A stretch of 64,000 nucleotides of DNA, taken from assembly GCA_014905635.1 (NCBI GenBank), contig JABVCE010000029.1, positions 124,001 through 188,000 of the forward strand. The letters run 5' to 3'. Numbering within the stretch: the stretch's first letter is position 1; the number at the start of each line of letters is the position of its first letter. This DNA is from Scenedesmus sp. PABB004 (lineage: Eukaryota). This document shows positions 28,649 to 39,071 of the stretch, one piece after another. Position numbers and translations under genes: made by a program. Below the pieces are notes generated by a model. It did not search any database. It saw nothing but the letters and a program-made list of their open reading frames with translations, and had not been told where the DNA came from.

Positions 28649-30925
28649 TCAGAGCGAGTCGTCGTACTCGCCGCGCGCCTCGAGCGCGCCGCGCAGCTCG
28701 CCGAGCGCCGCCTGCAGCTCGCGCCGCGCGGCGGTGAGGTAGCTGCGCACGAGCGCCTTCTGGCCCGCGCGGTAGATCATCACACCGCGCAGCCACGCCG
28801 GCAGCAACCCCGCGTCGCCGCCACTGCCGTCGCCGCCGCTGCTGCTGCCGCCGCCGCTGCGCGCCGCCCCCGCCGCCGCCGCGCGCGCCGCGTCGTCGGC
28901 GTCGAGCCGCGCCACGTCGTCCTCGAGCGGGCCGGTGCCCTCCTCGCCCTCCATGGCGATGAGCTTCAGCTCCAGCAGCCGCACCAGCGTCGTCAGCACC
29001 GCCATGTCCATGCCCAGCGCCTCCAGCCGCGCCTCGCCCCTGGCGTCCGCGCCGCTGCCGGCGTCGTCAGCGCCGCCGGTCGCTGCGTCGCCACCGCCGC
29101 CGCCGTCCTGCAGGCGCTGCAGGTGGCCGGACAGCTCCGCCGGCTGCATCACAAACACCTCGAGCACCGCGCGCGCCGCGCGCGGCAGCACGCTCAGCGC
29201 ACCGCCGCCGCCGCCCGCGGCGGCCGCCGCCTCGGCGTTGGCGAGGTGCGCGGCCGAGAGGAAGAGCTGCGGCGCGAGGCCGCGCGCCTGCAGGAGGCGC
29301 ATGCGCGCGCCAAACGCGTCGTCCCACTCGTCGGCCGGCGGCAGCGGGCAGAGCAGCATGAGCGTCTCATGCGGGTTGCCCCGCAGCGCAAAGCCGTACA
29401 GCAGCAGCAGCTCCTCGTTGCCCTTGTCGCCGTACGAGATGGTCAGCTCCTCGCCCGCGCCGGGGCAGCACGCGCGGTTGGTGAGCAGCCGCACGACGTG
29501 CCCGCCGCCCTCCGGCGCCGCCACGCGCACGCCGCCGTCCGGCGGCTCAAGCTCCAGCGGCGCGCCGCGCTGCGGCTCGCCCTGCTGCTCCGGCTGCCGC
29601 GGCGGCGCCTCCGCGACCTCCCACCAGCAGCGCGCCTGCTGGCTGTGGTTGGCAAAGTCGAGCCCCGGCACAAGCCCCTCGCGCGTCTCGAGGCGCACCA
29701 GCGGCGCCGCGGCGGCGCCGTCCGCGCCCTCGCGCGCGATCGTGCGCGGCACGGGCAGGCCGAGGCCGCGCGACCAGAAGATCGCGGTCGCCCACCGGAA
29801 GTCCTCCAGCGTCGCCTCGCCGCCCACGCCGGCCGCCCTAAGCATGCCCCGACCGCCGGCGCGAGGCGCTCCCAGGACCGCGCGGTCGCCGCGCGCCGCG
29901 CTGCCGTCGCGCCCGCGAGCGTCGTGCCCGCGAGCTCGCGCAGCTGCGCGTCGTCAAACCACAGCGGCGAGTCAAACCTGCGCGGCGCGGCGCGGAGCGG
30001 CGCGGCGTGGGCGCCCGCGGTCAAGGCCCGGACGGCGACGCGCTCGCCCACCGCTGCGCCGCCGGCCCGCCGCTGCCCTAAACCCGTCACGCGCCCGCCG
30101 ATCGCCGCGCACCGCTCCGGCAGCAGCTGGATGTAGGGCGCCCAGCGGCTGCCCGCGCCGCGCAGGCGCTCGACCAGCAGCAGCGTGATCACCGCGCCGC
30201 GCTCGTCCAGGAGCCCCAGGTCCAGCAGCTCCGTGAACGCGGGGCCCAGCACCGGGTCGGACCTGCGCAGCGCGCGGCCGGGCTCTTCGGCGCGCGGCGC
30301 AGCGGCACCGCGGGGCTGGCGCGCCGTGCCGGCCGCCACACACACCTGGCGGTGTCGGCTGTCATGGCGAGGCCCAGCGGCAGGCTGCCCACGGTCACGG
30401 TCTGGTGTGCCTCGCCGCGCAGGAGCGCCGCGCCGACGCGCCGCCCGAGCCAGCGCGCGGTCATGCGCTGCCGCAGCGCGGGCGTCGCGAACAGGCCCAG
30501 CCCCGCGTCCGGGTCCTGCGGCGCCCCCCGGGCGCCGCCGCGGTCAGGGCGGGCGCCGCGGGCGGCGGCTGGACCGCGGGTGCCCGCGCAGCGCGCCCAC
30601 GCACCGCGCATGGCGCCACGGTGCCGCCGCCCCAGTCAGCGCCGTTGGCGGCCATCCAGGCCGCAAAGGCCTCCCGCTTGGCCTCGTCCGGCAGCTCCGT
30701 GGGCAGCTGCTGCTCGCCGTGCGCCACCGGCGGCAGCAGCCCGGCCGCCGCTGCTGCCGCCGCCGCTGCCGCCGCGGCCGCCGCCGCGCCGCCGCCGCGC
30801 CGCGCCCATGCGCCCCACGCTCCCTCGTGGCTGCCGCTGCCAGCAGCAGACGCGGCGGCGCAGAGCCAGCGCGCCGCGCACGGCGCCTGTGCAGCGGCGC
30901 GCACCGCGGCGGCTCGCAGCAGCAT
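28649..30925 (-). CDS. SET-domain protein lysine methyltransferase (Rubisco LSMT/SETD3-like) with a possible organellar transit peptide; one apparent frameshift
   Basis: FAAWMAANG, GLGLFAT, LLLVER..GSRWAPYIQLLP, PLWFDDAQLRELAGT, EDFRWATAIFWSR, LVPGLDFANHS and GEELTISYGDKGNEELLLLYGF. Ala/Arg-rich N-terminus. Confidence 0.88.
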
Positions 30926-31217
30926 CGCGCGCCGGGCGGCTCGCTGCAGCGTCCCTGTCTGACTGGCCACTGGTGGCGCAGCCTGAGCGTCCCAAGCGGC
31001 GGCGGCACCTGAACACAGAACAGCGCCCGGCCGACTGCCGGCGCGCTGGCGGGTCGCTCGTCGCCGCCGGCAGGCCTCATTGCTTCCCCCCCCCCCCCCC
31101 CTGCTCGTGACTACAGCGTGCTGCCGCGCCAGCGCCGCCCGATCAGCGCGCCGGCGGCGGTTGCGGCAGCGGCAGCGGCAGCGGCAGCGGCAGCGGCGCG
31201 GCCGCCTCGCAGCGATC

Positions 31218-33708
31218 ATGGCGCCGCTGTTCCTGGGGCTCGACGTCGGCACCCAGGCGCGACGCCGGGCGACCATCGGCGGCGGGCCGCAGCACGCCGG
31301 AGGGCGCCGGCGTGCCCGCGGCGCGCCGGCCAGCCGCGGCCACCTGAGCGCCGCCCCTGCCGCCACGGCTGCGGGCGCCGCGCCGCCGCACAGGGCGTCA
31401 AGGCGGTCGTGTACGACGCGGCGTCGCGGCGCATCGTGGGCCGCGGCGCGCAGGCGTACGGGCTCATCGACTCGCCCGTGCCGGGGCGCGCGGAGCAGCA
31501 CCCCGACACCTGGGTCGCCGGCGCGCTCGCGGCGGCGCGCGGCGCGCTGGCCGGCTTCGACGCGTCGTCCGTGCGCGGGGTGGGCGTGAGCGGGCAGCAG
31601 CACGGCATGGTCGTCCTGGACGGCGAGGACCGCGTGCTGCGCCCCGCCAAGCTCTGGTGCGACACCGAGTCGGCGCCCGAGGCGGCCGAGCTGTCGGCGC
31701 AGCTGGGCTACACGCTGGTGACCGCGCGCGCTGCCGCCGCCGGCGCCGCGACTGCCCCCTCGCACGGCGCGCCCTGCTCGCCCGCTCGCCCTCACCACCC
31801 GCGCGCGCCACAGGTGCCCTCCATCACCAGCACCAAGCTGCTCTGGCTGCGCCGCCACGAGCCCGACGTCTGGGCGCGCGTCGCGGCGGTGCTGCTGCCC
31901 CACGACTACATCAACCTCTGGCTCACCGGCCGCAAGGCGACAGAGGCACGCACAGCGCGCCAGCGCCCGCCAGCGGCCGTGCCGAGCCGCGCGCCCCGCG
32001 CCGGCGGCTGAAACGCAGCGCACCGCACGCCGCGGGCCGCCCCCGAGCGCGCGCGCGCCGGCGCCGGCGCCGCCCGTGCGCGCGCAGGCGGGCGACGCGA
32101 GCGGCACGGGGCTGATGGACATCGCCGCGCGGCGCTGGGACCCCGCCCTGGCGGCGATGATTGACGAGCAACTGCTCGGCTGGCTGCCGCCCATCCTGGG
32201 GCCGGACGAGGCACGCCAGCGCCAACGCCGCCGCGGCCGCCGCGGCCGCCGGGGCGCTGCGCCGCGGTCCGGCTGCCCGCGCCTCGCCCTGACCGCGCGC
32301 GCCGCTGCGCGCGCGCAGGCCGTGGGCGTGGTGCGGCCCGAGGTCGCGGCGCAGCTGGGGCTGGGCGGGGACGTGCTCGTGTCGCCCGGCAGCGGCGACA
32401 ACGCGATGGCAGCGCTCGGCGCGGGTATCAGCCAGCCGGGGCAGCTGGTGCGCCGCCCCGCTCCGCGGCGCTGCCCCGCACTGACCACGCCGCACTGGCC
32501 GCGCCGGCTGACCGCGCCAGCTGACCGCGCCCGCCGCCGGCGCTGCCCACACGACCGCGGCAGGTCGTGTCGCTGGGCACGAGCGCGACGCTCTTTGGCG
32601 TCGCCGGCGCGCCGATCGTCGACCCCGCCGGCGCGGTGTGCGGCTTCTGCGACGCGACCGGCGCGTGGCTGCCGCTGATCTGCACACTGAACTGCACGCG
32701 CCCCGCGGAGGACGTGCTGGCAGCGTTCGGCATCGACCACGCCGCCGCGACCGCGCTCGCCGCCGCCGAGCCGCCGGGTGCGCGCCGCGCCGCGCGGCCC
32801 GGCCTCTGGCTGGCTGTCAGCTCAACCACAGCGTTATGAAGAAGCGTAAGCTGTGGCGCACACACGCACAAACGTCCGCGCCGCGCCGGCAGGCTGCGAG
32901 GGCGTGAGCTTCCTGCCCTATCTAGTCGGCGAGCGCACGCCCAACTGGCCCGACAGCACCGGCGCACTGCTCGGCCTGCGCCCGGGTGCGCGGGTGCGCG
33001 GCGCGCGGCGGCAGGGGCGGCTGCGCGGGCACGCCGGCGGGGCTGCGCACACCGCACTGTGCCGCCCGCCGCACCCCAGGCCTGCTGCGCCCGGGCCTGC
33101 TGTACCGTGCCGCGCTGGAGGGCGCGACGCTCAGCCTGGCCGCCGCGCTCGGCGCGGCGACGCGGCTGGGGCTCGTGCCGACGGAGCTGCGGCTCGTCGG
33201 CGGTGGCAGCAAGAACGGTCTGTGGCGGCAGATCGTGGCGGACGTGTTCCAGCTGCCAGTGCGGTGAGCGCGCCGGCCGGCGCAGCGGCGGCGCGCCGTG
33301 CTGCGGCGGCGGCGCGGCGCTGGGGCGTGGCACGGAGGCCGCGCCGCCGCGCCCGGCGCAGGGTGCCGCTCGAGGCCGAGTCGGCGGCGCTCGGCGCGGC
33401 GCTGCAGGCGGCCGCGGTCGCGAGCGGCGTGCCTGTGGGGGAGTTCATCGCTGAGAATCAGCCGCCCATGGCGGACGAGGTGGGCGGGGCGGGGCGGGCA
33501 CAGTGCTGTGGCGGGGCGCGCGGCCGGCCGACGCGCGCGCGCGCGGGCCCGCACACCGCGCCGCCCGCCCGGCGCGCCGCGCGCGCAGGTGGTGCAGCCC
33601 AACCCCGCGCACAACGAAGCGTACGCCGCGTCGCTGGCGCGGCACGTGTCGCGCGGCGAGGCGCTGTTCGGCGGCGGCGCGGCAGCTGCGCGCGGCGCTG
33701 CGCAGTGA
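31218..33708 (+). CDS. xylB: Xylulokinase (FGGY carbohydrate kinase, bacterial XylB-like); spliced
   Basis: LFLGLDVGTQ|GVK, EQHPDTW, GVSGQQHG, RPAKLWCDTES, LLPHDYINLWLTG, GDASGTG, GDNAMAALGAG, SLGTSAT, GFCDATGAWLPLICTLN, FLPYLVGERTP and GGGSKNGLWRQIVADVF. Confidence 0.88.
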
Positions 33709-34052
33709 GGGCGCGAGCGCGGTCGGCGCCGCGGCGTTTGTTCGTCGCACGTCCGTGTTAACCGCCGCCACACCCACGACTCGCGACCCCAGGGTGCGCA
33801 GTGCAACCTCCCAGCCTCCCAGCCGCAGTGCAGCCATACAGCCGGCGCAGTCACTGCAGCTTCTCAAACAGCTTGCCAAGCGCTCCTCTGGCAGTACTGC
33901 CTGCCGCACTCGTTATAACGTTCCGCCTCGCAGCGGGGGCGATGCCGATCAAAAAACGCCGCCGCCGCGCTGCGAGCGCCGCCTCGCCGCAACACGACCG
34001 CCAGGGCGTGTGTGACAGGCGCCGCGCGCGTCGCCTCTTGCAGCCGCCGTCA

Positions 34053-37000
34053 TCAGCCTGCGGCGAGAGGTGGGAGGGGGTGAGCGTCAGCAGCAGCCAG
34101 CCACACTGCGCGGCGCCCGCCGGCGCTCGCCGCCGCCGCGCGCAGCGCCGCCCCCGGCGCCCGCCCGCGCCCGCCGCGGCGCGGGCGCTCACCGAACGGC
34201 GTCGCCGGCTGCAGCGCGGACGTCTTGGCCCGGATGAGTCCACGCACCGCGCTGACCGGGCTCGACACGCCGCGCACGAGCACGCAGGACGTGAGCGCGC
34301 GCGTGCCCAGGTCATACTCCAGCCGCACCGCCGCGCACGTGGGCGCCTCGGTGCACGCGTTCATGCACCCGCGCTGCGTCAGCGGCGGCGTGAGCGTGCG
34401 CAGCGTGACGCCGACGGCCGCCGCCGTGTCGTCGCGCCACCACGAGAACGCGCCCGAGCCCATCGACGCCGGGCTCACGGACGCCGCCGCCACCGCCGCC
34501 GCGCCGCCCCACGTGACCGCGGACGAGGGCATGAGCTTGAGCGCCAGCATCGTCCCGCCCACGCCCGAGCCCACCACACGCAGCTGGCAGCGGTTGCCGG
34601 CCGCGGCGGACGCGTACGAAAAGGTGACAAACTGGCAGCCGTCGCCGGGGTGGACCCGGCAGGCGTCGAGGCACGCGTCGACGCTGCCCGCGCTGGGCGA
34701 CGCGACAAACCCGCTGCTCGCGTCGAGCCGCCAGTTGCCGTCGTCGGCGGGGGCAAACTCGGCGAGGCACGCGGTCGGGCTCGCCGCGCCGGCCGGCGTG
34801 GCGGCGCGGGGCGAGAAGGGGTTGGAGGAGCCGTTGGCCGAAAACATGAAGGTCTGACCCGCGGTGGAGCACGCGGCGCAGGCGAGGTCGCCCGGGTTGC
34901 GGCTGTCGTCGCCAAACGTGCCGCTCGGGCAGGTGACGCAGGCCGCGCCCGCGGTCGCGGCGCCGGTGCCGGGCGGGCAAACTGCGGGGGCGGGGCGCGC
35001 GGGCGCGGGCGGGTGGGTCGGGAGCGGCCGCGCGGGCCGCGGGCGGCGGGAGCGGGGCGCCGGCGCGCCGCGCCGCTCACTGGAGCAGTCGACGGTGCTG
35101 TCCGAGCCCTCATCCGTCGTCGACCGACCGTTGGGGCACGCGCTGCAGGTGCCGGACGTGGAGTTGGGCGCGAGCGGGCGCTCGCTGTCGGCGTACGTGC
35201 CGACGGCGCACAGCGCCACGCTCTCCAGCGGGCTGGCGCTCGACGGCGCGCCATAGCCCGGAAGCACCACGGAGCAGGCGTCGAGCGACGGCGCCTTGGT
35301 GCCGGGCGTGGTGGTGCCGTCCGGGCACGCCGTGCAGCGCCCCGGCTGCAGCCCGTCGTCGCCGTAGGAGCTGTACGTGCCGCGCTGGCAGGGCACTGCC
35401 GAGTCGCCGGCAAAGCCCCAGCCGGGGAGGGGCCGGCAGGCCTCGGGCGACGAGAAGCCGCCCGTGTCTGGCGAGAAAAAGTAGCGGCCCGGGTCGGCGG
35501 CCGCCACGTCCAGCGGCGGCGTGGTAGTGCCCGTCGGGCTGGCGGCGCGGCGGGCGGGCAGGAGTCAGGGCCGCGGCGCGGAGCCGGGCGCCCGCACGCG
35601 CGCGCGCGCGCTGCTCCGGCCGGTCGCCGCTGCGCTCACCATGGCAGGCAGGGCAGGGAAATGAGGCCGTAGCTGGCGTTGTCGCCCGGCCCAAACTGCG
35701 CGTACGTGCCGTTCACGCAGGTCGCTGCCGACCAGATCGTGTCGTTGCTGTTGCTGACGTTGCGGCCCTCCAGGCCCTGCCCGCGCCGGATGTCTGCGCC
35801 GCAGGCGGGCGCCGCGCGCGAGGCGGGGCGGCGTGAGCGCGCGGCGCGCGTGACGCCGCGCGGCCGCCGGGCTGCGGCGCGCCCGGCGGCGGGCGCGGCG
35901 CGGCGCGGCGCGGCGCGGCGCGGCGGTGCGGCGCGGCGCGGGGCGCGCGCGACGCACAGCACGCCGACGGGAGGCCCGCCACCAGCCTTGCGGGGGGGTT
36001 GCCGGCGCCGTCGTCGCTGATGCCGTACCGAGGGAGCGGCTGGTTGCGCATGGAGAGCACGCCCGCGCCGCACGGCACGCAGGCGCTGAACGCCAGCGTG
36101 TCGTTGGGCTGCAGCCACAGCGGCTGGTACTCGCCGGGCGTGTTGGTCGTGGCGTTGCCGTTGGAGCAGGGCGCCACGCTCGGCACGCCGGAGCCGTCCC
36201 GCACCAGCTGGTGGCCCTGCGGGATGACTGCGCGGGCGGGAGGGGGCGAGGGGAGGGGGCGGAGGGGCGGGGCGAGGGGGCTGGGCGGTCGGCGGCGGCG
36301 TCGCTCGCGCGCGGCGACGGCACGCTGGCCGCGACCGCGGCGCCGCCGCGCGGCGGCTGCGGCTGCGCACCGCAGTCGACTGACGCGTTGGCGCCCGGCA
36401 CGCGCGTCCAGAGCCCCTTGACGATGTCGCTGCAGGGCAGGACGCCGCTGCCGTTCACGCGGCCGCCGGGGCAGTAGTAGTCCTGCGGGCACAGCTGCGC
36501 GGGCGAGGGCGCCTGGCCGTCCTGGGCCACGAGGTCGCCGTTGATCTGCCGCGCCGGATCGATCCAGGCAAACCCAGGGGCCAGGGCTGCGCGGCGCACG
36601 CGGGGGCGGGCGCGGGCACGGGCGGACGGGCGGGAGGGCGGGCGCGGCGGTGTTGGGCTCCCGCCGCCGCGCGGCGCGCGCCGCAGCGGCCCCGCGCGCC
36701 GGCGAGCGGCGGCGCCGCGGCCGCAGGCGGGCCCCGTGGGCCCGCGCGGCGCGGCGCGGCGCGGCGCGGCGCGCACCAACGCAGTTCTGGAAGGCCTTGG
36801 CCGCCTTGAAGCGCGTCATCGTGCCCCGCGGGCAGCGCCGGCAGCGCAGCACGTCGGGCGAGCTGGGTGCCAGGTAGTCGGGCCGGTAGTGGCCCATGAG
36901 GCAGCGCACGATGGGGCCCTGGCCCTTGTTGCTGATGAACCAGCCGGGCGGCACGACTGGCGGGACGGGCGCGGGCGCGGGCACGGGCGCGGGCGCGGCG

Positions 37001-37853
37001 GGCGCGGCGGGCGCGGCGGGCGGGTCGGGGCGCCGCGCGGCCGCGCGCGCGCGCGGCGGCGGCGGCGGCGGCGGCCGGGCCGGCAGCGCCGCGGCCGGGC
37101 GCTGCGCGGCGCGACGCACGGCAAGAGGCGATGGTCGCGGGCGGTGTCCCTGCCCGGGGGTTTGTGCGCAGGCCCGCCGGGCATGCGGTGCAGTTCTGCT
37201 GCTTGAGCAGCCCTGGCGTGTACGTGTCGGCTGGGCACCTGCCCCCGCCCGGCCGGATGGTGGTTGGGGGGTCAAGGTAGCGAAATCCAGGCATGTTGAC
37301 TGCGGGGCGGGCAGCAGCAGCGCCGGGCGTGAGGGCGACGGCGGCGCGCCCGGCCGCGCCGCACGCAGCACGCATGGCGCGCATCGCCACGCACTGCAGT
37401 CGTCAAAGCTCGACGCGCCGGGCTCCAGTGTGGTCAGGCCGACGCTTTGGGGGCCGTTGCACTTGGCAGGCGGAATCAGCCCGCCGCGGCAGATGCTGGC
37501 GATCGGGCAAGTCACGCACGCTCCAGTCGTATTGACATAGTAGCTGCCCGGCGCGCAGCCCACCGGCTTCTTCAGCAGCCGCCGGCCCATACCTGCAAAG
37601 AGGGCGGCGCGGCGGCGGCGGTGAGCGGGCGGCGGCTGGCGGTGCGGCCGCTCGCCCGCGGCGCCCGGCCGCTGCTGCTGCCGTGCGGGCTCAGCGCAGC
37701 CCGGCTGCCTCGCCGCTCACCGCCTATCGACAGTCCCGCCGCCCCATCGCTCGACCAGCCGCCGCCAGCCGCCGCAGCGACGGCGCACGCGAGCAGGGCG
37801 AGCACGAGCGCGCGCCGCGCCGCCGCGGCGCGCGCCGGCGCGAGGGCGGCCAT
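34053..37853 (-). CDS. Secreted Cys-rich repeat / PAN-like protein, array member 1 (leader type A)
   Basis: MAALAPARAAAARRALVLALLACAVAAAAG|GMGRRLLK; CAPGSYY, CPADTYTPGL, YQPLW, SYGLISLPCLPC, GGFSSPEAC, NPFSP, CLAEFA, CQFVTFSY, MGSGAFSWW, CTEAPTCAAV. Confidence 0.8.
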
Positions 37854-38440
37854 GCAGGCGCGGCTACGCGGTCACGCCGCCATCGCGCCACCCGTGGCTG
37901 CCGTGGGCGCGGTCGCGGCGACGCCCACGCGGCAGGAGTGGGGCAGAAGCGGGCGAGGGCGGACCTCTCGGCGCTGCCCGGCGCGCCGGCTGGCCCCGCG
38001 GCGCCCTGCGCAGCACGAGTGCGTCTATCGGGCTTGGGGCTAAGCTCCGGGCAGCACGGTCAGGTGCGTGGAGGGCGCTCGCCGCAGCGGGCTGGCCCGA
38101 GGAAGGCGGCTCCGGGCGGAGCGTGGGGGTGCTGCGCGGGTACGGCGAGGCGTCGTGGGCGTCTGTGGTGATGGCGGGACGCTGTGGGCGGCAGCGGGCG
38201 TCGCCGCGTGCTGCCAGCCGGGCGGGCGGCGAGCGCGCGATGCGGCGACCCGCCCGGCGAGCTGCCGGCGCCGTCGAGGGCCGCGCGGGGGCGCGCGAGA
38301 GGGACGCGGTGACCTCATTCTGCGAACGCACCGGCGCGCCGCGCGGATCGCTGCCCCCCGGCGCCGCGCCGGCGGCGGCACCGGGGCGCGACGCGCGCGC
38401 TGCTGGGCCGGCGGCGGCGGCGCAGGGGTGGGGCCAGGAC
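37592..38440 (-). repeat. Upstream region + signal-peptide exon + first intron, copy 1
   Basis: Near-identical to 53031-53890. Confidence 0.9.
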
Positions 38441-39071
38441 CTGTGCGTTTGCTGCACAGCAGGGCCCGGTACACTCCGGGAGGGTGAGCGGCTGGCCGGG
38501 TGCGCGAGGCGCTGGCTGCCAGCGAGGGTGGCGCGCAGCGCGGCGCACACCGCGCGGGAAATGTTCTGACCGCCAGATGGAGCGCGCGCCACGCCAGGTT
38601 ATTACCGTCCCGGCGCACAAGGGAAGGAAGGTATGCGGATGAGGAAGGAAGCATAGGTATTCGTTCATAAGTGTACGTGTACGTGGATTCGGGGCTGCCC
38701 CCACACACAAAGGTAAGCGCAAGCCAGGCGGCCTTACTTGCCCGCGCGATTATTCCAGTGCTCGCACGGCGGGCCCAGGCGCCAGCACGGTGTGGTGCCG
38801 CAGGCGCCCCAGACCAGGGCACGTACACAGCGTATTGTGTGCGTGCGATAGGCTCGAAGCAATAGACTTTGAAGGCCCCCTGCCGCCTCTGCCCCCCCCC
38901 CCCTGCTCACTGCATCTGGCGCCGCTGCCCCGCCTCGGTTTGCCGCCCGCCCCGGCCCAGCCGGCGCCGGTTCGTGTGTATAGACACAGTCAGTCGGCAG
39001 CAGCGCCGCTGGGGCCTCGACCCGGCCCCTGCGCCATGTGGTGACTGGTTGCGCAGCCCCCGCGCCCGCGC

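Noticed and set aside
38668..38686. Tandem GTAC cores (copper-response element), plus an E2F-like TTTGGCGC at 22217-22224
   Set aside because: Motifs are too short to support without expression or conservation data.
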